Shown piece by piece: positions 32,587 through 40,838 of a stretch of DNA of 50,140 nucleotides (position 1 is its first letter; each line of letters begins with the position of its first letter). Source of the DNA: Minisyncoccota bacterium (GTDB taxonomy: Bacteria > Patescibacteriota > Minisyncoccia > Phycocordibacterales > DATDSR01); assembly GCA_036517855.1 (NCBI GenBank), contig DATDSR010000021.1:1-50140 (forward strand), written 5' to 3'. A program made the translations under genes and the position numbers. The notes below the pieces were generated by a model. The model was given only the letters and a program-made list of their open reading frames with translations. It searched no databases and was not told the DNA's origin.

Positions 32587-32591
32587 GGGGT

Positions 32592-33659
32592 ATGAGCCTG
32601 GCTCCTCAACCTATCCAGATCAACATCACCGCGGGCACTATTGCCAAAGCTATATTGCTTGTGGTTTGTGTTGTGGCCCTGTATTTGGTGCGCGATGTGG
32701 TGATGATTATGCTAACTTCGCTTGTCATAGCCTCGGCCATTGAGCCTCTTGTGCGCGGACTCAACAAACGTCTACGCTTGCCTCGCGTGCTCTCGGTGCT
32801 TGCCATATACCTACTTGTCATCGGTGTGATACTTTTCATAACCATAATATTTATCCCGCCGATGCTCACAGAGATATCACATTTGGCCGATGTCATCCCA
32901 CAGTATCTCCAAAATTTCAGCATCTCCGATGTAATTCCAGGCCAGGTTACTCTAACTGGCACACAGCTTTTCAACGCTTCGTCAATTAAAGATGTGATAG
33001 GCGAGATCCAAGGCGCACTGGCTGGTCTTTCGCACGGCTTCTTCCAGACTGCCACCATCATCTTCGGCGGGGCGATGTCGGCTGTGCTAATACTCGTCAT
33101 TTCCTTTTACCTCGCCGTGGAGGAGAGGGGGATCGAGAACTTCCTCCGTGTGGTGATACCCTTCGAGCACGAGAAGTACGTCATCAGCCTGTGGAAGCGC
33201 TCACAAGAGAAGATTGGTAAATGGCTCCAAGGACAGTTGATGCTTGCCATCGTGGTGGGCGTGCTCGTGTACCTTGGCCTGCTCATCCTCCAAGTGCCTT
33301 ACGCCACCACGCTGGCTGCTATCGCCGCCATACTCGAGATTATCCCCGTTTTTGGCCCAGTGATCTCGGCAATCCCCGCGGCTATTGTGGGGTTTGGCAT
33401 TAGCCCGGCGATGGGCCTGATGGTCATTGGTCTGTATGTTATCATCCAGCAGTTTGAGAACCACCTCATTGTGCCGCTTGTGATTACCAAGATAGTCGGC
33501 ATCCCGAGCATCATAGTCATCGTGGCTTTGCTCGTGGGGGCAAAACTAGCCGGCTTCCTGGGCATTATCTTGGCCGTGCCGCTTACCACTATCCTAGTGG
33601 AACTTTTCAACGATCGCGATAGAGCAAAGGCCGCCAGAGCAAGTGCCGTCTCCACATAA
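32592..33659 (+). CDS. AI-2E family transporter (PerM/UPF0118)
   Basis: It has about 8 hydrophobic segments and an ILEIIPVFGPVISAIPAAIVG motif. Confidence 0.85.
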   Translation: MSLAPQPIQINITAGTIAKAILLVVCVVALYLVRDVVMIMLTSLVIASAIEPLVRGLNKRLRLPRVLSVLAIYLLVIGVILFITIIFIPPMLTEISHLADVIPQYLQNFSISDVIPGQVTLTGTQLFNASSIKDVIGEIQGALAGLSHGFFQTATIIFGGAMSAVLILVISFYLAVEERGIENFLRVVIPFEHEKYVISLWKRSQEKIGKWLQGQLMLAIVVGVLVYLGLLILQVPYATTLAAIAAILEIIPVFGPVISAIPAAIVGFGISPAMGLMVIGLYVIIQQFENHLIVPLVITKIVGIPSIIVIVALLVGAKLAGFLGIILAVPLTTILVELFNDRDRAKAARASAVST

Positions 33660-35126
33660 ATGCCCGACAAGTTTTACATTACAACCACCACGCCGTATGT
33701 AAATGGCGAACCGCATATCGGTTTCGCGCGAGAGATTGTGGTGGCGGATGTTATCGCAAGGTGGCGAGCACTCATGGGTGACGAGGTCAAATTTAACACC
33801 GGCGCGGATGAGCACGGCCAAAAAGTTTACGAAAAGGCCAAAGAGTTGGGTAAAGACCCTCAAACTTACACCGACGAATTGGCTCCTCGTTTTGAGCGAC
33901 TCAAGAGCTTGCTCGACTTATCCTTCACAAACTTTACCAGGACAACCGATCCGCACCACAAGGCAGCGGCCCAAGAGTTTTGGCGACGTTGCGACAAGAG
34001 TGGCTACATCTATAAAGGCAAGCATAAGATTAAATATTGCATTGGTTGCGAGCTAGAGAAGACGGACTCGGAGCTTGAGGATGATAAGTGCCCCATACAC
34101 CCCAACAAGGAACTGGAAATACGCGAGGAGGAAAATTACTTTTTTAAATTCTCTGCTTTTGCAGAACCCTTACTATCTCTGTACGCTCACAACCCAAACC
34201 TAGTATTGCCTGACTTTCGCTTTAACGAGATTAAGAAGTTTGTGGGGAGTGGCTTGCAAGACTTCAGCATTTCGCGCTTGAAGGAAAAAATGTCTTGGGG
34301 AGTGCCTGTACCTGGGGATGATGCGCACGTTATGTACGTATGGTTTGATGCGCTTGTTAACTATATCTCCACGCTTGGTTGGCCAGAGCGAGAGGACTTC
34401 GGCGGCTTTTGGCCCGGAGTGCAGGTGTATGGTAAAGATAACCTGCGTCAACAAACTGCCATGTGGCAGGCCATGCTTATGGCTGCAAAGTTGCCTAACA
34501 CAAAACAATTCCTAACCCTCGGATTTATCACAGGGGATGGTGGTATTAAGATGAGCAAGAGTTTGGGGAATGTGGTTGACCCCGAATCGCTGACGACCGA
34601 GTACGGTACCGACCCGCTTCGCTACTTTCTCTTACGCGAACTTTCGCTCTGGGAGGACAGCCCGTTCACCCCAGAGCGCTTTAAAGAAGCCTACAACGCC
34701 AACCTGGCCAACGGCCTGGGCAACCTTGCCAGTCGCATTATGAAAATGGCGGAGACCCACCTTTCAGGAGGCGTAGCCTCCTTACCCCAAGGCCAGTCCT
34801 CGGGTCCGACAGCTGACGGATCCGGAGGTCTGGCCTTTGATTCCGAATTCACCGACCTCATGTCCCACTACGAGCTTTCGAAAGCGATGGATTATATTTG
34901 GAAGGAAATTGGCCGGCTGGATACTCTTATCCAACAGAGCGAGCCATTCAAACTTGTGAAAGCAGATCCAGCGAAGGGCAAAGAACTTATTGCCGAACTC
35001 GTCATTAACCTCCACGCCATTTGCCAAATGCTCGCCCCCTTCCTACCCGCCACCGCCGAAGCTATCAAAACTGCCATCAAAGCAAACAAAAGTTTCACCA
35101 CCCCGCTCTTCCCCCGCAAGGATTGA
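33660..35126 (+). CDS. metG: methionine--tRNA ligase (short form)
   Basis: TPYVNGEPHIGFA is the HIGH region and IKMSKSLGN the KMSKS motif. It contains a 45-nt near-palindromic in-frame insert at 34791..34835. Confidence 0.95.
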   Translation: MPDKFYITTTTPYVNGEPHIGFAREIVVADVIARWRALMGDEVKFNTGADEHGQKVYEKAKELGKDPQTYTDELAPRFERLKSLLDLSFTNFTRTTDPHHKAAAQEFWRRCDKSGYIYKGKHKIKYCIGCELEKTDSELEDDKCPIHPNKELEIREEENYFFKFSAFAEPLLSLYAHNPNLVLPDFRFNEIKKFVGSGLQDFSISRLKEKMSWGVPVPGDDAHVMYVWFDALVNYISTLGWPEREDFGGFWPGVQVYGKDNLRQQTAMWQAMLMAAKLPNTKQFLTLGFITGDGGIKMSKSLGNVVDPESLTTEYGTDPLRYFLLRELSLWEDSPFTPERFKEAYNANLANGLGNLASRIMKMAETHLSGGVASLPQGQSSGPTADGSGGLAFDSEFTDLMSHYELSKAMDYIWKEIGRLDTLIQQSEPFKLVKADPAKGKELIAELVINLHAICQMLAPFLPATAEAIKTAIKANKSFTTPLFPRKD

Positions 35127-35128
35127 TT

Positions 35129-35950
35129 ATGGTTATTGATATCCACTCCCATTTGTTTGAGAAGCGGTTTGACGACGATCGAGACGAGACTTTCGCGCGG
35201 ATGAAGGCGGCTGATGTGGCTACTATCACAGTGGGCAATGATTACGTTGAGAGCGTAAAGTCAATTGAGCTCGCCGAGAAATATAACATGTGGGCCACAG
35301 TTGGTTTGCATCCTACCGATAATATGACTGAGGTATTTGATTACGATAAGTACAAATCGCTTGCGCAGAATAAAAGGGTGGTGGCGATAGGTGAGTGTGG
35401 CCTAGATTACTTCCACGGGAAGAATAATGAATTAGGAATTATGAATTATGAGGGAGAGAAGAATAGACAGAAAGAACTTTTCAAAAAACAAATAGAACTC
35501 GCACTTGAGGTAGATAAACCGCTAATGCTGCACTGTCGCGATGCATACGAAGATGTCTTAGAGATTCTTAATTCATACTTCACAATTCATAATTCACGCT
35601 TGCGGGGTAACGTCCACTTCTTTGCCGGTGACTGGGTCACGGCCAGTAAGTTCCTCGATATTGGGTTTACGCTCTCATTCACTGGAGTGCTGACTTTTCA
35701 GCCAAAGGCTGACCAGCCTCTGGCTGGTGCCCACTCATTGATTGAGGTGGTTAAGAACGTGCCCAGCGATTGCTTTATGGTCGAAACGGACGCTCCCTAT
35801 GTTGCCCCGGTGCCCTATCGGGGTAAGCGCAATGAGCCAGTTTATGTGCTCGAGACGCTCAAACGTGTGGCCGAAATACGTGGCATAAGTCCGCAAGAGG
35901 CGGCAAGGCTCACCACGGCTACGGCTAAGCGGACATTTGCCTTATCCTAA
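35129..35950 (+). CDS. tatD: TatD-family metal-dependent hydrolase
   Basis: ORF 35021..35950 trimmed to ATG 35129 (MVIDIHSHL). GECGLDYF, LHCRDA, HFFAGD and ETDAPY motifs are present. It carries three small in-frame inserts. Confidence 0.9.
   Translation: MVIDIHSHLFEKRFDDDRDETFARMKAADVATITVGNDYVESVKSIELAEKYNMWATVGLHPTDNMTEVFDYDKYKSLAQNKRVVAIGECGLDYFHGKNNELGIMNYEGEKNRQKELFKKQIELALEVDKPLMLHCRDAYEDVLEILNSYFTIHNSRLRGNVHFFAGDWVTASKFLDIGFTLSFTGVLTFQPKADQPLAGAHSLIEVVKNVPSDCFMVETDAPYVAPVPYRGKRNEPVYVLETLKRVAEIRGISPQEAARLTTATAKRTFALS
35698..35727. repeat. 30-nt GC-rich double-hairpin element (reverse orientation), in frame in tatD
   Basis: The reverse complement reads CCAGCC-AGA-GGCTGG TCAGCC-TTT-GGCTGA followed by AAAA. 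This is the same architecture as the two ftsK copies. Confidence 0.8.
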
Positions 35951-35971
35951 GCAATTTGGTAGGATTGCCGC

Positions 35972-36496
35972 ATGTCCGATTTGAATGATAGCGACAACGA
36001 TAAGCCTTTCGACGATGCTCAAGGTAAAGAGCCCATGCTATACGAGCTTGCCTACATTCTCGACCCTGGCATTGCCGAGGAGCGTTTGGCCGAGCATGCG
36101 GGCAAGATTACGGGTGTAATAGAGAAGCACAAAGGCGCTCTCGTGCTTGCTGATAACCCTAAGCTTCGCGGTTTGGCCTACACAATAGAGCGCGCTACTG
36201 GCGGCAAGAGGCAAAAGTACAATCAAGGTTACTTCGGCTGGGTTAAGTTCACAGTGAGTCCCACATCCATCCCTGATATCGAAAAAGAAGTTAAGGGTAT
36301 GACGGAAGTGATTCGCCACATGCTCATCCACACGTTTAAGAGTGTGCCTGCCTACGTGCCACGCCGACCGGCTGATGCTCCTCGCGCTGACTCGAGTGAC
36401 AAGCCAGTGGTAAAGCCTACCGAGGCAGAGCTTGATAAGGAGGTTGATGAGTTAATCGCTAGTGCCGCTCCGACAGCGGCCACATTGCCACTTTAA
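35972..36496 (+). CDS. rpsF: 30S ribosomal protein S6 with N- and C-terminal extensions
   Basis: The core is MLYELAYILDP...GLAYTIE...GYFGWVKF. An alternative start is ATG 36035. The N-terminal extension contains a PFDDAQGK repeat-derived segment. Confidence 0.85.
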   Translation: MSDLNDSDNDKPFDDAQGKEPMLYELAYILDPGIAEERLAEHAGKITGVIEKHKGALVLADNPKLRGLAYTIERATGGKRQKYNQGYFGWVKFTVSPTSIPDIEKEVKGMTEVIRHMLIHTFKSVPAYVPRRPADAPRADSSDKPVVKPTEAELDKEVDELIASAAPTAATLPL

Positions 36497-36501
36497 TATA
36501 A

Positions 36502-36948
36502 ATGGATTACAACAGAGTCATAATCGTCGGCAGACTAACCCGGGACCCAGAGCTTAAGGCCTTGCCTATGGGTGGGTCGGTCACGACTTTCTCGGTAGCC
36601 ACTGGTAGGGTTTGGAAGGATCGCGATGGCAACAAGAAGGAGGATACCCAATTCCACAACGTAGTCGTGTTTGGCAAACAAGCCGAGACGGTAGCCCAAT
36701 ATTTGAAGAAGGGCCAAGAGGTGTTGGTGGAAGGTCGTCTGCAAACTCGTAGTTGGGATGATAAGACAAGCGGCGAGAAGAAGTACCGCACCGAGATTGT
36801 GGCCGACCGTGTGCAGTTTGGCGCCAAGTCTGGAGGTGCCGGTGGTCCAAGCGAGCACATAACTGCTAAGGGTGCCAAGGGCCCAGGTGAGAGTGACGCT
36901 GTTGAATACCCAGAAGAGAACATTAACCCCGAGGATATCCCTTTTTAA
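36502..36948 (+). CDS. ssb: single-stranded DNA-binding protein
   Basis: It has the OB-fold motifs NRVIIVGRLTRDPELK and TQFHNVVVFGKQAE, a Gly-rich linker and an acidic tip ending in DIPF. Confidence 0.95.
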   Translation: MDYNRVIIVGRLTRDPELKALPMGGSVTTFSVATGRVWKDRDGNKKEDTQFHNVVVFGKQAETVAQYLKKGQEVLVEGRLQTRSWDDKTSGEKKYRTEIVADRVQFGAKSGGAGGPSEHITAKGAKGPGESDAVEYPEENINPEDIPF

Positions 36949-36956
36949 TGTTAAAT

Positions 36957-37041
36957 CTTAAATGGCAAATGGTAAAAGTAGATTTTAAAATTATTTGTTC
37001 AGGCGGGGTTCACATTTACTATTCTACATTTACCATTTAAC
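36957..37041. repeat. heptad-periodic inverted repeat element, copy B (ssb-rpsR spacer)
   Basis: The left arm is CTTAAATGGCAAATGGTAAAAGTAG. The right arm is CACATTTACTATTCTACATTTACCATTTAAC, ending at the rpsR ATG. It belongs to the same family as 14552..14654. Confidence 0.8.
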
Positions 37042-37248
37042 ATGCCCACCATGCAATGCCCATTTTGCGCAAATAACGTAGAGCACATCGATTACAAAGA
37101 TATTGAGACACTCAAGAAGTATCTCGACACCTTTGCCCGCATAGGGAGAAAGCGCAACACCAACGTGTGTTCGCTCCACCAACGCAAGCTAGCGCGTGCC
37201 GTCAAGCAAGCCCGCTTCATGGCCCTCCTTCCCTTCGTCGCTTACTAA
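37042..37248 (+). CDS. rpsR: 30S ribosomal protein S18
   Basis: The bS18 signature is CPFC...IDYKD...LKKYL...GRI..RR.T..C..HQRKLA.A.K.AR. Confidence 0.9.
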   Translation: MPTMQCPFCANNVEHIDYKDIETLKKYLDTFARIGRKRNTNVCSLHQRKLARAVKQARFMALLPFVAY

Positions 37249-37268
37249 ATCGAATATTTAAATTGACT

Positions 37269-37302
37269 CGGCCCCCTCCCAGAACTGCTGGGGAGGGGGC
37301 CG
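37269..37302. terminator. bidirectional GC hairpin between convergent genes
   Basis: CGGCCCCCTCCC / GGGAGGGGGCCG form 12-bp arms. Confidence 0.6.
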
Positions 37303-37314
37303 TTGCCTGGTCAG

Positions 37315-37704
37315 TCACCAGGCGATGTTGATGCCGCGGTTTGCGCGCGGTTCCTTGACCTTGACTTTTTCGTCCATCTTGGCCTTGTCGTGGGCTGCGT
37401 CCTTCTTCGCCACGTCCTCTGCGGCTTTTGTAATCGCCGCGCTGTCGAGTTTCGCCTCGTCGCACGGCTTCTCATTGCCGATGATGGCGAGGAACTCCTC
37501 AAAGGTGCCGGCGGCTTCGATGGCCCGGACGTTGATCGTTATCTCGGCCTTGGCCTGCTTGTCGTCCGCGATTGTGTCACCCGGCAACGTTTTACTGGGG
37601 GTGTCCTGGTTGTCGACGTTCTGCTGTGCAGTCGCAACCACCGGCCCCGTAAGGAGCAGGATGGTAACGATGGCGAGTGCCAGCTTCATCCTGGTGAGTT
37701 TCAT
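37315..37704 (-). CDS. small secreted hypothetical protein
   Basis: GCGGAGGT lies 8 nt upstream. The signal peptide is MKLALAIVTILLLTGPVVATA and the mature part is charged. Overlapping plus-strand ORFs are rejected. Confidence 0.6.
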   Translation of the reverse strand: MKLTRMKLALAIVTILLLTGPVVATAQQNVDNQDTPSKTLPGDTIADDKQAKAEITINVRAIEAAGTFEEFLAIIGNEKPCDEAKLDSAAITKAAEDVAKKDAAHDKAKMDEKVKVKEPRANRGINIAW

Positions 37705-37817
37705 CCCCTATGACCTCCGCTTTGATTGCGGGAGCGCATCATTGGCCTGGTGTGGCCTTTGCAATACACTCTCCAACTGAAAGGCTACCCCTGTGTAGGG
37801 TTTTCTGCAAGTGCTTA

Positions 37818-38399
37818 TTAAACCCTGCTGCCGTATTCGCCGGTCTCGGTGTTGATGACTATTACGTCTCCTTCGTTTACAAAGAGGGGCACGTTGATCT
37901 GCGCTCCTGTTTCGAGGGTGACAACCTTGTTGCCTCCTTGGGCGGTGTTGCCTTTGATCGAGGGCGGAGCCTCTGTCACTTTGAGTTCAACTTTGATTGG
38001 TAGTTTAACCCCGAGTAATTTGCCTTCAAACTCAAGTAGGTCCACAAGCATATTAGCTTTCAAAAATTGGCCGGGCTCACCGATGACGTCGGCAGAGAGC
38101 TCGAAGCGCTTGGCCGGGTCGTTTTGCTCGCAGAACCAATATTCACCCTGCCTGCCGGCAGGCAGGCTTTGCTTACTATACAAAAATTTAACCGTGCGGG
38201 TGTCGAGCTCGGCCTCCGCTACCTTCTCGTTTTGATGAAATGAAATCTCGGCCACTTTGCCAGTGATGAGATTGCGCAACTTGGTATCGTTAACAGGCTT
38301 TCGTTGTTGTTTGCGAAACACGTGCGAGCCAAGTACCTCGTAAGGAACGCCATCGAGCACAATAAACTTATGCGGTTTTACTTCGCTGTAATCTAGCAT
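37818..38399 (-). CDS. efp: elongation factor P
   Basis: Three-domain EF-P (FIVLDGVPYEVL..., C-terminal GAQINVPLFVNEGDVIVINTETGEY). It has an unusual loop, RKQQRKP, in place of KPGKG, and a 20-nt perfect palindrome in frame. Confidence 0.95.
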   Translation of the reverse strand: MLDYSEVKPHKFIVLDGVPYEVLGSHVFRKQQRKPVNDTKLRNLITGKVAEISFHQNEKVAEAELDTRTVKFLYSKQSLPAGRQGEYWFCEQNDPAKRFELSADVIGEPGQFLKANMLVDLLEFEGKLLGVKLPIKVELKVTEAPPSIKGNTAQGGNKVVTLETGAQINVPLFVNEGDVIVINTETGEYGSRV

Positions 38400-38466
38400 A
38401 GCAGAGCTATCCTAACCAAAATAGCCCTACTTTGCAACCTTTGGGAGGGGAGGCGGGTTGTAGTTT

Positions 38467-39081
38467 ATGAGCACACAATATAGGATATTAATAATGGCTT
38501 ATCTAGAAGATACAACTGAACAGGCGGAACTGGCGGATGAGGAGGTTTTGGCACGGTCCATTAGCGAGCCTCACCTTTTTGGGATGCTGGTGGATCGATA
38601 CCAGGAGGCCTTTTTACGCAAGGCCAGACGCGTTTTGGGCGATAGGCCCGAGGTTCACGATGCCGTGCAGGAGACCTTCACCAAGATTTACCTTTATGGC
38701 TCACGATTTAAAACGCAGGAGGGAGCCACCTTCTCCTCCTGGGGTTACAAGATACTTATTAATACAACCTTAACGTATTATCAGAAGTTAAAGAGGAGAG
38801 GAGAGATCAGTGTGAATGTGGACGAAGAGATACTAGTGCTCGCGGCCGACAAGAGTGACACGCACGAGAAGCATGTGGCCAAAGATATGGTGGCCTCGGT
38901 ACTCACGAGGATGCCCGAGCCACTCGCTAAGATTCTCTCACTCCACTTCATTGAGGATCTCTCGCAACAAGAGATAGCCGATCGCGAGGGCTTGAGCGTA
39001 GCGGCGGTTAAGACAAGAGTGCACAGAGCTAAGAAGATATTTAAACAAATAAGCGATGGATACAACTTACTCACAATCTAA
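38467..39081 (+). CDS. ECF-type RNA polymerase sigma-70 family factor
   Basis: Region 2 is DAVQETFTKIY...FSSWGYKILIN. Region 4 HTH is LSQQEIADREGLSVAAVKTRVHRAKK. An alternative start is at 38494. Confidence 0.8.
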   Translation: MSTQYRILIMAYLEDTTEQAELADEEVLARSISEPHLFGMLVDRYQEAFLRKARRVLGDRPEVHDAVQETFTKIYLYGSRFKTQEGATFSSWGYKILINTTLTYYQKLKRRGEISVNVDEEILVLAADKSDTHEKHVAKDMVASVLTRMPEPLAKILSLHFIEDLSQQEIADREGLSVAAVKTRVHRAKKIFKQISDGYNLLTI

Positions 39082-39412
39082 CCCAAATCCTAACTCGCAG
39101 TTTAAGGCGAGGGTTATGCGGCGTATTTATATCGTGACGTACTTGCGCCGAGCGCTAAGCCCGTTTGCTATCAAGTGCTACCTGGCTCTTGGATTGTTTT
39201 GGCAGATTGGCCAGTACGTGTGGGTAGATCGCGTGGTCCAAAACGCCCCCGGCTTTGCCCATCCACTGGCCACCGCTTCCTTCTTCGCTAATGCTTTTTC
39301 GCAGACCGAAGCGCTTGTGCAAGTCCTCTCCCTAGGTGTTCTTGCCTGCGTCCTCTGGCTAGTAGCCGACCTAATGTACAAAGGCCGCCACGTGCTGACC
39401 CCAGCGTTTTAA
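39056..39412 (+). CDS. membrane protein in anti-sigma position (hypothetical)
   Basis: It overlaps the sigma gene by 26 nt and has two or three hydrophobic segments. No zf-HC2 motif was seen. Confidence 0.5.
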   Translation: MDTTYSQSNPNPNSQFKARVMRRIYIVTYLRRALSPFAIKCYLALGLFWQIGQYVWVDRVVQNAPGFAHPLATASFFANAFSQTEALVQVLSLGVLACVLWLVADLMYKGRHVLTPAF

Positions 39413-40431
39413 GCCGGGGTGTTAAACACCTCTTTGATTTTCTTTATGAGTTCGTTTTTGATTTTTGTGTTGGCTTTGAGGAACTCGCGCGCGGCGTCAT
39501 AGCCACGGCCCATTTTCATGTCACCATATTCATATGAACCGCCACCACTCTTGGTGATAAGTTTGTACTTCTCACCCAAGGCTAGCACTTCGCCTTCAGG
39601 GCTGATGCCCTCGTTATAGAGGATATCGAACTCGGCTTGTTTGAAGGGGGCGGCCACTTTGTTCTTGACTACTTTCACTCGGTGACGCCCACCCACAGTC
39701 TCCTCACCCTTTTTAATCTGGGCGATGCGGCGGATGTCTAGTCGTACAGAGGCGTAAAACTTGAGGGCCTTGCCGCCCGGTGTCGTCTCTGGGTTGCCGA
39801 ACATTACGCCGATTTGCATCCGTATCTGATTTATAAAGATCACGAGGCACTTAGATTTCGCCACAATGGGTGTGAGCTTGCGCAAAGCCTGGCTCATCAA
39901 GCGCGCTTGCTTGCCCACGTGCATAGCACCCATATCTCCCTCAATTTCGTCTTTAGGAGTAAGGGCCGCTACCGAATCAATCACTATCACATCAATCTTG
40001 CCTGAGCGCACCAGCGATTCGGTAATGTCGAGAGCTTGTTCACCATAGTCTGGTTGGCTGATTAAGAGTTCATCTATGTTCACGCCCAACTTCTTAGAGT
40101 AATCAGGGTCCATGGCGTGTTCGGCATCGATGTAGGCGCAGATGCCGCCTTTCTTTTGCGCTTCGGCCACCACGTGCAAACTCAAAGTGGTTTTGCCGCT
40201 AGACTCTGGTCCAAAGATTTCCACAATGCGTCCACGAGGCATCCCACCTACGCCGAGGGCCATATCAAGGCCCAAACTGCCAGTAGGTATGGCGTCAATG
40301 CCCACCTTCGGCCGCTCACCCAATTTCAAAATCGAGCCTTCGCCAAACTTGGCTTGGATGGCCCGGATAGCATTATCCACCCCAGTGTTAATAACCCGAT
40401 CCTCCTTCTTCTCTTTAGGTTTGCGTACCAT
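39409..40431 (-). CDS. recA: recombinase RecA
   Basis: Walker A is GPESSGKTT. The L1/L2 regions and the [20 protein letters not shown] motif are present. Confidence 0.97.
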   Translation of the reverse strand: MVRKPKEKKEDRVINTGVDNAIRAIQAKFGEGSILKLGERPKVGIDAIPTGSLGLDMALGVGGMPRGRIVEIFGPESSGKTTLSLHVVAEAQKKGGICAYIDAEHAMDPDYSKKLGVNIDELLISQPDYGEQALDITESLVRSGKIDVIVIDSVAALTPKDEIEGDMGAMHVGKQARLMSQALRKLTPIVAKSKCLVIFINQIRMQIGVMFGNPETTPGGKALKFYASVRLDIRRIAQIKKGEETVGGRHRVKVVKNKVAAPFKQAEFDILYNEGISPEGEVLALGEKYKLITKSGGGSYEYGDMKMGRGYDAAREFLKANTKIKNELIKKIKEVFNTPA

Positions 40432-40448
40432 ATATTATGTCTATTTAT

Positions 40449-40838
40449 TCAATAATTATTTATGGCTACTGAAGTGGTCGCGCTATCTTTGGGTCGATAG
40501 ACGAGTTCGAGTGTCTGGCTACGTTCGCGGTTAAAGCGGTCAAGCGAATCAACCTCTATTACATTATATCCCAAGCCAAGTAAGAGTTCCTTCTCGAAGT
40601 TGCCCGCGGCGTCTGTGAGCACCTTGGCCCCATTTACGGTTAAGAGCGCGCTATCTGGTGCTGTACCCTTAATCACCACGAAGGCGCTCGAGAGTGTGCT
40701 GCCATTTTTGGGGGACTCGATCTTGATGCTTGTACCCCACACTAGGTCGTGAGTTTTGAAGACGGCGAAGATGGCAAGCGAGCTTAATAAAATTATGCCG
40801 AGGGTTATTTGCAATGTTTTACCTGCACTTATGTTCAT
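40449..40838 (-). CDS. membrane-anchored Ig-like-fold hypothetical protein
   Basis: An N-terminal TM is followed by a beta-rich segment, IESPKNGSTLSSAFVVIKGTA...LTVNG. The gene is coupled to ftsK (4-nt overlap). Confidence 0.55.
   Translation of the reverse strand: MNISAGKTLQITLGIILLSSLAIFAVFKTHDLVWGTSIKIESPKNGSTLSSAFVVIKGTAPDSALLTVNGAKVLTDAAGNFEKELLLGLGYNVIEVDSLDRFNRERSQTLELVYRPKDSATTSVAINNY

Noticed and set aside
37303-37780. Plus-strand ORFs 37303..37713 and 37325..37780 opposite the small secreted protein gene.
   Set aside because: The minus-strand ORF has a good SD (GCGGAGGT), a clear signal peptide and a convergent terminator shared with rpsR. The plus-strand frames lack any of these.
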